From a virus (lineage: Duplodnaviria > Caudoviricetes): 64,000 nucleotides of DNA. Made by a program: the position numbers and the translations under genes. A model generated the notes under the pieces. It worked only from the letters and a program-made list of their open reading frames with translations, was not told the origin of the DNA and searched no databases. The stretch covers positions 1 to 64,000 of the IMG/VR virus record IMGVR_UViG_3300042258_000341; one strand, given 5' to 3'. Each line of letters starts with the position of its first letter. The first letter of the stretch is position 1. Positions 18,488 to 27,473 of this stretch are shown here, one piece after another.

Positions 18488-18642
18488 CAAAGTTTAAGAA
18501 AATGATATCTTCTTCTGAGGATATTGAACAGTGTGAGAAATGCGGCAAAGAGATGAAAAGAAAAATTTCTTCTGCCCCTGTTCATTATAAAGGTTCCGGT
18601 TTTTACACTACCGATTATTCGGAAGATAAAAAAGAAAGTTGA
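18445..18642 (+). CDS. FmdB-family Zn-ribbon protein
   Basis: MPSYCYACSCG...CEKCG...KGSGFYTTDY. Confidence 0.8.
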   Translation: MPSYCYACSCGNEVTKFKKMISSSEDIEQCEKCGKEMKRKISSAPVHYKGSGFYTTDYSEDKKES

Positions 18643-18651
18643 GAAAGAAAT

Positions 18652-19071
18652 ATGATTTATGTTGACACAAATCCTTTAGAAGTCGCTCTTACTGTTTTAA
18701 ACAAACTATTCCCGGAAATAGATGTAGAAATACAAATTTTCCCGGAAAATATTTACAGAACCTTAAATGAAGAGTACATTGAAAAAAAAATGATCCCGCA
18801 CCACCTCCCGTCTTTAGTTTTATTTTCAGGAACAAAGAATATTGTTGTTTTAAATGCCGGGGACACCTTCGAAGAAATGATGGAAAATCTCTTCAAGCAA
18901 TTTGCAGCTCTTGCTACAGCGAGTCCGACTAAAGAAATAAGAGAAGAAGAGTTCAATAAAGCTCTTGAAAAGATTTATGTCGAAGTACAAAAAATCTTAA
19001 GAGATGTTAAGCCGTCAAAAGCTCAATCTTTATTTCTTCCTACAGAATTACAATCTGTAACAAAAAATTAA
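18652..19071 (+). CDS. hypothetical protein
   Basis: 139-aa ORF in operon. Confidence 0.65.
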   Translation: MIYVDTNPLEVALTVLNKLFPEIDVEIQIFPENIYRTLNEEYIEKKMIPHHLPSLVLFSGTKNIVVLNAGDTFEEMMENLFKQFAALATASPTKEIREEEFNKALEKIYVEVQKILRDVKPSKAQSLFLPTELQSVTKN

Positions 19072-19074
19072 ACT

Positions 19075-19326
19075 ATGAGACCTGTAACTAAATGGCTCCG
19101 AGAATTTAAAAAAGAATGTCCTAAAAATTCCGGTAGCTACGAAAAAGCTTTATCGTATTCGAAAGAAAAAAATTTGAAAGTGGTTGTGTATAAATCCCAC
19201 GATTTAGCAGACCCTTTATACGCAGTTGCCCCAAAAGACAACCCTGAATTCTGGCTGAATACTTTCGAACGAATAAAAAATGCTAAGGCTTTCTGTAAAG
19301 AAATGGGATGGATAATTGTTGAATAA
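19075..19326 (+). CDS. hypothetical protein
   Basis: 83-aa ORF in operon. Confidence 0.6.
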   Translation: MRPVTKWLREFKKECPKNSGSYEKALSYSKEKNLKVVVYKSHDLADPLYAVAPKDNPEFWLNTFERIKNAKAFCKEMGWIIVE

Positions 19327-21427
19327 AGTTCTAGTAGGAAACAATCTCGAAATAATAAAACAACTTTCGGACAATTCGGTGAATTGTGTTGTTACAAGTC
19401 CTCCGTATTACGGACTCCGTTCATATTTGGAGGAATCCAACCCGGACAAAATTCATGAAATCGGGTTGGAACAAACCCCGCAAGAATATGTGGGGAAACT
19501 TGTTGAACTCTTTCGAGAAATCCGAAGAGTTTTACGCCCGGACGGAACTGTTTGGTTAAATCTGGCGGATAGTTATAAAGAAAAACAATTACTTGGTATT
19601 CCTTGGAGAGTTGCTTTTGCTTTACAGGGGGACGGGTGGCATTTGAGGCAAGATGTTATTTGGTGTTTAAGTGGGGGGACTTTTGTGTATGTTAGAACCC
19701 AAAAAGGGGACGGGCCTATGTCAATAAAAGACATGGCTCGTTTGAATCCCTCTACAGTTAAACTTTGGAATGGGGTTAAATGGACACAATTATTAGGGAT
19801 TTCAAAAACTTCTCGAACTGGAGACGAAATTGAAATTGTGTTGCGAAGTGGGGAAAAGATATCTTGTACTCCTTCTCATAAATTTCCTACTGAACGAGGG
19901 GTTGTGTGTGCTCAGGACATACAAAAAGGTGATGTTTTAAAAACTTGTAAATTGCCGGAACCTGAAAAGATAAAAGATTGCGCTATTGATGAAGATGCTG
20001 CTTGGTTAGCGGGATTATATCTGGCGGAAGGTTCCAAATCTAATCATGCTCTTTGTATTGCTGGGCATAAAAAAGAAGAAGAGCGATGGGTGAAAGTTTT
20101 ACAAATAGTTCAGAAATATGGGGGGTCTGCTAAACGTACACTATCTGGAAACAAAATGGATATCCGAATATATGGTAAAATACTACACGCTATTGTGGAT
20201 TTACTTGTGTCCGGGAAAACAGCATATGATAAAGGTTTTTCTCCTGTTGTTTGGAAATATTCAAACAAATTTATTGCTGCTATGTTGAATGGTTATTTAT
20301 CCGGAGACGCACATAAAACAAATTGTAGGTGGAGATTGGGTTTTTGTCGAAATTATAATTTGGAATTATCTTTAAGAACCGCATGTGCAAGATTGGGATA
20401 TTCTTTAACTTTAAATGCATGTCATGTAAAATATCAAAACGGAATTAAACCTGCTTTTAGAGGCGAACTCCGAAAAATAATTTCAAATCACTTTAATAAT
20501 AAAAATAGAGCGGAAGTGGTTGAAATTCGGAAAGCCCGAGCACGACATTTTTACGATATAGGTGTTGAAGATACCCCACATTTGTTTTCACTAAGTAGTG
20601 GTGTTTTATCGCACAATTCAAAAAAACATTGTATGCCGGAGTCGGTAAAAGATCGTTGTGTGAAATCTCATGAATATGTTTTTTTACTTACAAAATCTCC
20701 AAAATACTTTTTTGACCATATCGCTATTCGTGAAGAAACAACAACAACAACAAAGAATCGCCTTTCTCAGAATGTTTCTGCACAAAATGGCTCAGATCGA
20801 GTTCCCGGAAAAACAAACGGGAATATAAAAGCTGCGGGGGATTTTGCTTACAGAAATAAGAGGTCTGTTTGGAGAGTCGCTCCCCAACCGTATAAAGGCT
20901 CCCATTTCGCCACATTTTCTTACGCCCTCGTAGAACCTATGATACTTGCCGGGTGTCCTGAAACTTGTTGTAAAGAATGTGGCTCCCCGTATATTCGAAA
21001 AGAAAAAATAGTGGGAAAACAAATAACTCAACAAATGTTGGATTCGGGGGCAGATAAAGATGGAAATTATACCGGACAAGCACAAAAAGATTATGCTGCA
21101 GGGAAAGCACAAAATGCATCAGATACAAAAAGAAGAATTCTCGAATCGATGTCTAAAATCCGGGAATACGAATTTGTAAAAAATTGTAGTTGTGAAACAA
21201 CAGAAACAAAACCGGGGGTTGTTCTCGATCCTTTTCTTGGTTCAGGAACAACGGCTTGGGTTGCAAAATGCTTAAACAGAGATTACATCGGAATAGAGTT
21301 GAATAAAGAATACCTTCCTTTGATAGAAGAAAGAATTCAACAGCCGAAACCGGAAAAGAAGAAGAAAAAAGTAAAAAAAGAACCGAATGCCCCGAAACAA
21401 TTATCTTTACTGGAGTTTCTTGAATGA
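19316..21427 (+). CDS. beta-class N4-C/N6-A DNA methyltransferase with an intein and a Zn-ribbon insertion
   Basis: VVTSPPY near the N-terminus; HFATF; VLDPFLGSGTT near the C-terminus; CCKECG...CSC insertion. Confidence 0.9.
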   Translation: MLNKVLVGNNLEIIKQLSDNSVNCVVTSPPYYGLRSYLEESNPDKIHEIGLEQTPQEYVGKLVELFREIRRVLRPDGTVWLNLADSYKEKQLLGIPWRVAFALQGDGWHLRQDVIWCLSGGTFVYVRTQKGDGPMSIKDMARLNPSTVKLWNGVKWTQLLGISKTSRTGDEIEIVLRSGEKISCTPSHKFPTERGVVCAQDIQKGDVLKTCKLPEPEKIKDCAIDEDAAWLAGLYLAEGSKSNHALCIAGHKKEEERWVKVLQIVQKYGGSAKRTLSGNKMDIRIYGKILHAIVDLLVSGKTAYDKGFSPVVWKYSNKFIAAMLNGYLSGDAHKTNCRWRLGFCRNYNLELSLRTACARLGYSLTLNACHVKYQNGIKPAFRGELRKIISNHFNNKNRAEVVEIRKARARHFYDIGVEDTPHLFSLSSGVLSHNSKKHCMPESVKDRCVKSHEYVFLLTKSPKYFFDHIAIREETTTTTKNRLSQNVSAQNGSDRVPGKTNGNIKAAGDFAYRNKRSVWRVAPQPYKGSHFATFSYALVEPMILAGCPETCCKECGSPYIRKEKIVGKQITQQMLDSGADKDGNYTGQAQKDYAAGKAQNASDTKRRILESMSKIREYEFVKNCSCETTETKPGVVLDPFLGSGTTAWVAKCLNRDYIGIELNKEYLPLIEERIQQPKPEKKKKKVKKEPNAPKQLSLLEFLE
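19664..20617 (+). mobile_element. intein (318 aa) with LAGLIDADG homing endonuclease
   Basis: DVIW|CLSGGT...SCTPSHKF (block B)...WLAGLYLAEG...GYLSGD...FYDIGVE...VLSHN|S. Confidence 0.93.
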
Positions 21428-21744
21428 ATGAAAATGTAAAAATAACTTTAGGTGAATTTAGAGAAAAAACAAATAAAATAAAAGAAATCCTTTCTTTTAT
21501 TTCTCTTGAAAAGGCAAAAGTTTTAGGGGATAAAAAGACGGAGGTTTTTTTACAACATAAAAGATGGTTTGAAGCCCCTCCTGTTCAATTTTTGATAAAT
21601 TTAAATCAGGATATGAACGGTTTACCAGACTCTTTTGAAATTCCAAATTTCAGCAAATTATTTTGGATGCAATTGTCTTCTACGTATTCTATTTTGACGG
21701 AATTGTATGAAGATATTAAAAAGAGGGGGTTCAGACTTTGCTAG
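21424..21744 (+). CDS. hypothetical protein
   Basis: ATGA-coupled ORF. Confidence 0.6.
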   Translation: MNENVKITLGEFREKTNKIKEILSFISLEKAKVLGDKKTEVFLQHKRWFEAPPVQFLINLNQDMNGLPDSFEIPNFSKLFWMQLSSTYSILTELYEDIKKRGFRLC

Positions 21745-22106
21745 GGGCAACCGGGGTTAAGGGTATTTTTGATTTGCCAGACAATATGTTGGATAAAATA
21801 GATGATGTATTGGTTAAAATGACTGGCATAGAGCGGATCGCGAAGGTAATGGAAGTGGACTATGCCCCCCCTAAGATAGAACCAAGTTCAACTATGGTAA
21901 TTTTGTTTGAGAATGAGATTCGGGAAGATGATTTTGAGCCATGGCTTAAGTTTTGGGATGCTCTAATTGGGGGCATAAAAATTAAAGGTCATTGTTCGGC
22001 TTATGTACACGAGGGGAAATGGTATGGCTATGCTGCTTCTATCAAGGACTCAATCGGGCAATTATTGGCATTGAAATATATGGAGATTTTTACGGATGAC
22101 AAATGA
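21738..22106 (+). CDS. hypothetical protein
   Basis: GAGGGG RBS, TTG start. Confidence 0.6.
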   Translation: MLGATGVKGIFDLPDNMLDKIDDVLVKMTGIERIAKVMEVDYAPPKIEPSSTMVILFENEIREDDFEPWLKFWDALIGGIKIKGHCSAYVHEGKWYGYAASIKDSIGQLLALKYMEIFTDDK

Positions 22107-22287
22107 GGATTTTGTAAAGGGTAGCGAGATGCATCTGCATCATGTTTGGTGTAATTATTTTTCACTCTCAAGAGAAGGATGTAAACAGTGTGAGCGTTTG
22201 TTTGAAAGATATCCAATGGATCGCACACCAGACGAAATGGCAAAGAAGCATTTTCCTGATGCTATACCAATAAAACGGAGTAAATAA
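22096..22287 (+). CDS. small hypothetical protein
   Basis: GGAG RBS; H/C-rich. Confidence 0.55.
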   Translation: MTNEDFVKGSEMHLHHVWCNYFSLSREGCKQCERLFERYPMDRTPDEMAKKHFPDAIPIKRSK

Positions 22288-22637
22288 TGATAGGCAAATT
22301 GAAAGCAATTTCTTTTGATGGAGAGCGTTTTGTAGTCATTGAACACAATGATTTGGGTATGGAGCTAAGCTGTGGCACATGTTTGTATAAAGCTGGGAAA
22401 TGCCATAGAGCTCCAATTGATTGCCAGTATTGTGACGAAGATGGCAAGACGGTATTTTGGTTTCGAGAACCGACCAGCGATGAACTCAAGGCTTTTCTTG
22501 AGGCGTTGGTCAAATCTGGGCAATTTGCTGACATTCAAGGCTCCATAATTGCTCATAAGAAGGCTCAAGAAGAGGTTTTGAATTCTTTGGGCAACATGAG
22601 AGATTTAATCACAAAAATCGAAAGGCTTGTTAAATGA
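22287..22637 (+). CDS. Cys-rich hypothetical protein
   Basis: CGTC..C..C..C pattern. Confidence 0.6.
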   Translation: MIGKLKAISFDGERFVVIEHNDLGMELSCGTCLYKAGKCHRAPIDCQYCDEDGKTVFWFREPTSDELKAFLEALVKSGQFADIQGSIIAHKKAQEEVLNSLGNMRDLITKIERLVK

Positions 22638-22894
22638 AAGTTAATGTAGATGGTTTGCGCAAAAGAATGGCTGGTGCCTTGTCTAATTTGATCCATAGAT
22701 TGCATGCGAACATGGATGAAGAAGGGGTAATTAGGGCAGACCCTTATGAGATTCAGATGGAAATGGACGACTTGCGTTCAACCATAGGTATGTTCTGTTG
22801 TATGTTCGACGAGAGTGATGAGATGTTTACAGATATGTCGGATGAGGCTGCTAAGATTCCATGGTTTAACAAGGAGAACAAGGAAGAATGTTAA
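22634..22894 (+). CDS. hypothetical protein
   Basis: ATGA-coupled ORF. Confidence 0.6.
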   Translation: MKVNVDGLRKRMAGALSNLIHRLHANMDEEGVIRADPYEIQMEMDDLRSTIGMFCCMFDESDEMFTDMSDEAAKIPWFNKENKEEC

Positions 22895-23214
22895 GTTGGT
22901 TAAGAGAAATTTTATTTGGGAAATCGCAGCCCGAACAAACAACCTTTATTTATTGTGAGTGCTGTGGCAACGAGCTTTGTTCTAGCAACTCATTTGTGTC
23001 TGACACATGCGAGGAAGATGGCAATCATGTGCGCTACGTTTGTTCTAAGTGCAAGAAGGCATCTGATTGGGATTTTGATATTGCCCCAGTTCCTATAAAG
23101 CGACCGTTTAAAAGAATGGTTGAGTTTTATGCTGATCCTGAGTGCCAGATTGTTGATCTTAATACTGGTGAAACAATAAAAGAACGAGGGGAACGTATTT
23201 TGTTCAATGCATAG
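22888..23214 (+). CDS. Zn-ribbon protein
   Basis: CECCG...CSKC. Confidence 0.6.
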   Translation: MLSWLREILFGKSQPEQTTFIYCECCGNELCSSNSFVSDTCEEDGNHVRYVCSKCKKASDWDFDIAPVPIKRPFKRMVEFYADPECQIVDLNTGETIKERGERILFNA

Positions 23215-23247
23215 AGATAATTCTGAAAAAATAATTATAGGGTTGGA

Positions 23248-23847
23248 ATGAAAATAATTGAAGTAATAAATGAATGTTTCCAAGAATACGAGAATGAAAT
23301 AGCTCTTGGACTCTTTTGTTCAGCATGTAATTTAAGATGCCCTTTTTGTTTTAATCTCGACCGGGTTACAGATCCGAAACAAATAATCGGAGAGGCAAAA
23401 GAACTTTTCTGGAAGCACATTAACCCCATGCATACTGCATTGCTGGTATCCGGGGGTGAACCTACTGTTTGGAAAGAGTCTTTGATTGAACTTCTGGTAA
23501 TTGCAAAACAACAAGCTTTGAAAACAAAAGTCTTTACAAATGCTATGGATTTCGAAGTTATTTATACTTTGAATAAAATGAAACTTGTGAATGAATATTC
23601 TTTTGATGTGAAAGCTGCAAAAGATTTAAGTTACGCAACAGGAATAGAAATTTCAGATGAAGACTATCTTTCAAATTTATTCACAACTATGCAGAACTGT
23701 GAAGAACATGGAGTCCCCTTTGAATTAAGACACACAATGGCTCCAAATATAGACACGGAAGCTGTGAAACAGCTACTCTCCGGGGCGGAAGAAAAAGGGA
23801 TTAAAGTTCATTACCAAAAGTATGTTGAATACCATAAAGAAAATTAA
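23248..23847 (+). CDS. nrdG: radical SAM anaerobic RNR activating enzyme
   Basis: CNLRCPFCFN, SGGEPT; nrdD present in the window. Confidence 0.8.
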   Translation: MKIIEVINECFQEYENEIALGLFCSACNLRCPFCFNLDRVTDPKQIIGEAKELFWKHINPMHTALLVSGGEPTVWKESLIELLVIAKQQALKTKVFTNAMDFEVIYTLNKMKLVNEYSFDVKAAKDLSYATGIEISDEDYLSNLFTTMQNCEEHGVPFELRHTMAPNIDTEAVKQLLSGAEEKGIKVHYQKYVEYHKEN

Positions 23848-23854
23848 CATTTCT

Positions 23855-23883
23855 TTGTAATTTCTGCAAAAAACAGGTATATC
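23855..23883 (+). promoter_or_regulatory. sigma70-like promoter, probably giving a leaderless thyX mRNA
   Basis: TTGTAA-N17-TATATC ending 7 nt before the ATG. Confidence 0.6.
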
Positions 23884-23890
23884 TGTAAAC

Positions 23891-24457
23891 ATGAAAGTAA
23901 AAATATTGCACGAAACGGATATAAATTTAGCTCTTTTTGGGCTGGGGTTAAGTCATGGTTTAACTTCAGGTATGACTTATGAGCTATTTTTACAAGATAT
24001 CTCCTTACAGGGTAGGCTTGTGCAAGTTGCAAAAAGACTAGCCCCTATGGGAAGAGGGCACAATAAGTTTCTGGAATCCATACAGGTTTGGTTGGAAATA
24101 CAGGCTCCTCGTTATGTCTGGCAGGATTTGGACACTTATAGGGTAGGGGTTACAAAACAGAGTGAAGCGACGAATCATACAATTATGAAAAGAGAGCTTC
24201 GACAATCTGATTTTGAAACAATGATACCGGAACACTTTCTACATGAAATAAATAAAAGAATAGAATTAAAGGATTTTATAGGTGTTAAAAACATTCTCCC
24301 GGAATCTTTCCTGCAGAAACGAATTGTAAATACAAATTACAAATGTTTGCAGAACATAATTGAACAGCGTAAAGAACATAGACTCCCACAATTTAAGTTG
24401 CTCTGTAAATATTTGTTGAGTAATCTTAAATACAAAGATTTACTGACAGGATTGTAA
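23891..24457 (+). CDS. thyX: ThyX-like (flavin-dependent thymidylate synthase fold) protein
   Basis: GHNKFLESI, APRYVWQDLDTYR...QSEAT, LPESFLQKR..TNYKCL...QRKEHRLP. Confidence 0.65.
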   Translation: MKVKILHETDINLALFGLGLSHGLTSGMTYELFLQDISLQGRLVQVAKRLAPMGRGHNKFLESIQVWLEIQAPRYVWQDLDTYRVGVTKQSEATNHTIMKRELRQSDFETMIPEHFLHEINKRIELKDFIGVKNILPESFLQKRIVNTNYKCLQNIIEQRKEHRLPQFKLLCKYLLSNLKYKDLLTGL

Positions 24458-24697
24458 ATGCCGAAACTTAAACTCTTTCTTGCTCGGGATGAGACAGGTT
24501 CTTTAAATTTGTTTTATTCTCGACCTAAGAAAATGAAAATAGAGGGTGGTAAAAAAAGACAGTGGTTGACTCCTTTTTACAACTCTTTGCCAGTTTCTGC
24601 AAAGTTGTTTCCGGAGATAACTTTTGCGAATAGCCCTGTTGAGGTGATGGCTTTAATTTTGAATAAAGTTGAGAATTCTGAAAATGCCGATGTATGA
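24458..24697 (+). CDS. hypothetical protein
   Basis: LARDETGSLNLF...LFPEITFANSPVEV. Confidence 0.6.
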   Translation: MPKLKLFLARDETGSLNLFYSRPKKMKIEGGKKRQWLTPFYNSLPVSAKLFPEITFANSPVEVMALILNKVENSENADV

Positions 24698-24932
24698 TTT
24701 CCAATGTAAAAAATGTGAAATAATCGAGGAAAAGTTAATTTCTTTATCTGCACTTGAAACAACAAAAATTATGTGTTCCACTTGTGGGGAAGAAATGGTA
24801 AGATTAATCGGAGCGGCGGAATTTAAAATGTCCGGGGCACCTCCGAAAGGTTGGAAACCTAAAGAAAAAAACCAACCTAAATCTGAAGTCCGGAACATAC
24901 ACGACATAAGACGTGTTGAATATACCAAATAG
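24684..24932 (+). CDS. FmdB-family Zn-ribbon protein
   Basis: MPMYDFQCKKC...CSTCG. Confidence 0.8.
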   Translation: MPMYDFQCKKCEIIEEKLISLSALETTKIMCSTCGEEMVRLIGAAEFKMSGAPPKGWKPKEKNQPKSEVRNIHDIRRVEYTK

Positions 24933-24946
24933 GAGTTTTGTAAAAA

Positions 24947-25375
24947 ATGACAGAGAAGAAAATTGTTGCGGGAAACCCCGAAGATTTAACCCCGGAAGAT
25001 GCGCAAGTGGTAACAGGGGAATTTCAAGCCTTTCTTACTAATATTGGCATGATTATTTGTTTTGAAAAGGTAATTGAAAATGGTGAAGAATATTGGAGTT
25101 TACCTCTTGTTCTTGAAACGGTTTCACAAAGAGACCCTAAAACAAATGAAGTTGTAAGATCACAAGGTTTCAGACCTTTCGTTCCTCTTACAAAAGAAAC
25201 AAAATTCAAACCCACTTTAACAAACTCTATGCTTGCCGTTCAAATTTTGGATACTAAATTGGAAAACGCATATCGAAATACGGTTCAGGAAATTCGTTAC
25301 TCTCTGGCGGGAATTGTAACCCCGCAAAAACAGCCAGTAGTAAGTGAAAATTCAGGAATTATTATTGGGTCATAA
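24947..25375 (+). CDS. hypothetical protein
   Basis: AGGAG RBS; 142 aa. Confidence 0.7.
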   Translation: MTEKKIVAGNPEDLTPEDAQVVTGEFQAFLTNIGMIICFEKVIENGEEYWSLPLVLETVSQRDPKTNEVVRSQGFRPFVPLTKETKFKPTLTNSMLAVQILDTKLENAYRNTVQEIRYSLAGIVTPQKQPVVSENSGIIIGS

Positions 25376-25392
25376 TTGCTCCTTATCCTTGT

Positions 25393-25423
25393 AAAGACGG
25401 AAAAATATTTTTCCGTCTTTTTT
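25393..25423 (+). terminator. intrinsic terminator
   Basis: AAAGACGGAAAAA-TA-TTTTTCCGTC-T6. Confidence 0.8.
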
Positions 25424-25424
25424 G

Positions 25425-25453
25425 TTAATTTATCTTTTCTTTTTTACTATATA
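25425..25453 (+). promoter_or_regulatory. sigma70-like early promoter
   Basis: TTAATT-N17-TATATA, containing TTTTTACTATATA. Confidence 0.6.
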
Positions 25454-25484
25454 TAAATAAGAAAAAATAAAAAGGAGTAATTTT

Positions 25485-25718
25485 ATGAGAATCGCAGAAC
25501 TGATGATTATTCTTTCCTTCAGTACTTTGCAGGTAGTTTTCCCGTGGTGGGTTTGGCTTCTTGCAGTTCTGGATATTCTTATTCGAGTTGTAGATGATCA
25601 TAAAGAATGGCTGAAAGAAAAACAAGCGGACATTCTTAACGATATTAAGATCCTCGAAGAGCACAGGGGCAAATTAATTGCTGAATGTGTGGAAATGGAG
25701 AAGAAACTTGGCAAGTAA
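25485..25718 (+). CDS. small membrane protein
   Basis: AAGGAG RBS; hydrophobic N-terminus, coiled-coil C-terminus. Confidence 0.7.
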   Translation: MRIAELMIILSFSTLQVVFPWWVWLLAVLDILIRVVDDHKEWLKEKQADILNDIKILEEHRGKLIAECVEMEKKLGK

Positions 25719-26037
25719 GGCTCAAATACAGAAATTGAAGAATTTGGAAATTTTGTTGTATGTAAAACAAAATCTTCCGAAATTCATTCCTGCGTGTAAA
25801 TATGCATTGTCCCCGGAAGAATACAAAAAGCAAGTTTCTTGTTTCTTGCCTTTTGAAATGTCGGACAAAGATTGGGATTTCTTTTTTAAGTTGCAATTTA
25901 ATCAAGTCATGTCGGCTTTTTCAACAGATCAAGAAATTATGGATGAAATACATAAACTTCGGGGGATAATAAATAAACCTCCGGTAAGAAGGAAAAGGAG
26001 AAAGAAAAATGAAAACAATTCTGAAAATAATTCTTAA
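25678..26037 (+). CDS. hypothetical protein (start uncertain)
   Basis: ORF with a basic C-terminus. Confidence 0.55.
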   Translation: MLNVWKWRRNLASKAQIQKLKNLEILLYVKQNLPKFIPACKYALSPEEYKKQVSCFLPFEMSDKDWDFFFKLQFNQVMSAFSTDQEIMDEIHKLRGIINKPPVRRKRRKKNENNSENNS

Positions 26038-26111
26038 TATCCTTGGCTTAAATTCTTTGGTGAATTTCGTAGAAAAATGGTAATTGTGAAGAAAAAGAAG
26101 TATATCTGGAT

Positions 26112-27473
26112 ATGACACATTTACCCCTTCCTTTAAAATACAGACCTCGGCAATATAAAGATGTTGTAGGGCAAGCTTCGACAATACGCTTCTTACAAGC
26201 GTTGTCGAAAAAACAATTGGGTAGAAATATAATTCTTTACGGCTCTTGGGGGAGTGGGAAAACTTCCTCTGCAAGAATTTATGCCCGAGCTTTGAACTGT
26301 TTGAATATTTCTCCAGATGGAGATCCTTGTTATTGCTGCGAAGCTTGTAAAGACTCTAGTGCGGTTGTTGAAATAGACGCAGCTTCTTCTTCCGGGAAAG
26401 AAGACGTAAAAAATCTTCTGGAAATTGCAAAAGTCCCCCCTATTACCGGAAAATATAAGGTAATAATTGCGGATGAGGCGCAACAATTCAGTAAAGCGGC
26501 GTGGGACGCATTACTGAAAAGCATAGAGGAGCCTAAATCTTTCCAAGTTTTTGTTTTCTCAACTACCGAAATAAATAAAGTTCGAGAGGCAATTAAATCC
26601 CGATGTCAGAGCATGGAAGTAAAATTACTTTCTCATGAAGAAAGTAAGAATCTTTTGAAAAAAGTGTGTGTTCAAGAATCTCTCCCTTTCGAAGAAATGG
26701 CTTTAGACATTATTTCGTTTCTTTCTGAAGGACACCCGAGAGATTTATTGAAGAATCTGGAACAGGTTTCTTTCTTGGGGGATATTTCTGCAGAAAATGC
26801 AAATATGATTTTTAATTTGGAATATCTCCCAGCATTATTTCAATTTACTTCGCTTATGTGCGAAAGAAACACCCTAGGATTCAATTCGTTGTTGCAGGAA
26901 TTTAAACAACCTCCGAATAAAATTGTAGATATTTTACGGCAATTTTATTTGTTTTTGTATTACCGATTTTTAAATTTCTTCCCGGACATTAGGATAAACC
27001 CTATTTTCGAATTAATTCCGGGGGCGGATTTACAGAATTTGTGGGATAAATACGAAAATTTACTCCACAAAGATAAAAGCGGTAATTTTCAAAAGATTTT
27101 AAATAAATTAAACGCTTGTTCCGGGAGTTCCTTTTATTCCCTTGAGATAGATTTAATGGCTTTACACCGATATATTCATATAGGGGGTTTTCAAGAGGTC
27201 GCCCCGGAAACAATTATACAGCCTCAACCGGAGAGAGTTGCTTCGAACACTAAACGAAAAGGTAGGCAGTTCGTTTCCTTACCGGAGAACGAACTTCGGG
27301 ATATGTCTGAGACCCGCAACAAACAGGAAACAATAAGCCGTCCTGCGGAGATGGTGAAAGAGGTTGTGGAAAAACAAGCTGTAAAAACTTCTGAACTTCT
27401 GTTAAAATATGGCTGTATAAAAAAAGAAATAAAAGATTCTGAAATTCAAGTCTTTGAAGGGGTTACGATATGA
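26112..27473 (+). CDS. dnaX: DNA polymerase III gamma/tau-like clamp-loader ATPase
   Basis: LKYRP..DVVGQ, GSWGSGKTS, C4 Zn site, EIDAAS, DEAQ, KSRC. Confidence 0.92.
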   Translation: MTHLPLPLKYRPRQYKDVVGQASTIRFLQALSKKQLGRNIILYGSWGSGKTSSARIYARALNCLNISPDGDPCYCCEACKDSSAVVEIDAASSSGKEDVKNLLEIAKVPPITGKYKVIIADEAQQFSKAAWDALLKSIEEPKSFQVFVFSTTEINKVREAIKSRCQSMEVKLLSHEESKNLLKKVCVQESLPFEEMALDIISFLSEGHPRDLLKNLEQVSFLGDISAENANMIFNLEYLPALFQFTSLMCERNTLGFNSLLQEFKQPPNKIVDILRQFYLFLYYRFLNFFPDIRINPIFELIPGADLQNLWDKYENLLHKDKSGNFQKILNKLNACSGSSFYSLEIDLMALHRYIHIGGFQEVAPETIIQPQPERVASNTKRKGRQFVSLPENELRDMSETRNKQETISRPAEMVKEVVEKQAVKTSELLLKYGCIKKEIKDSEIQVFEGVTI

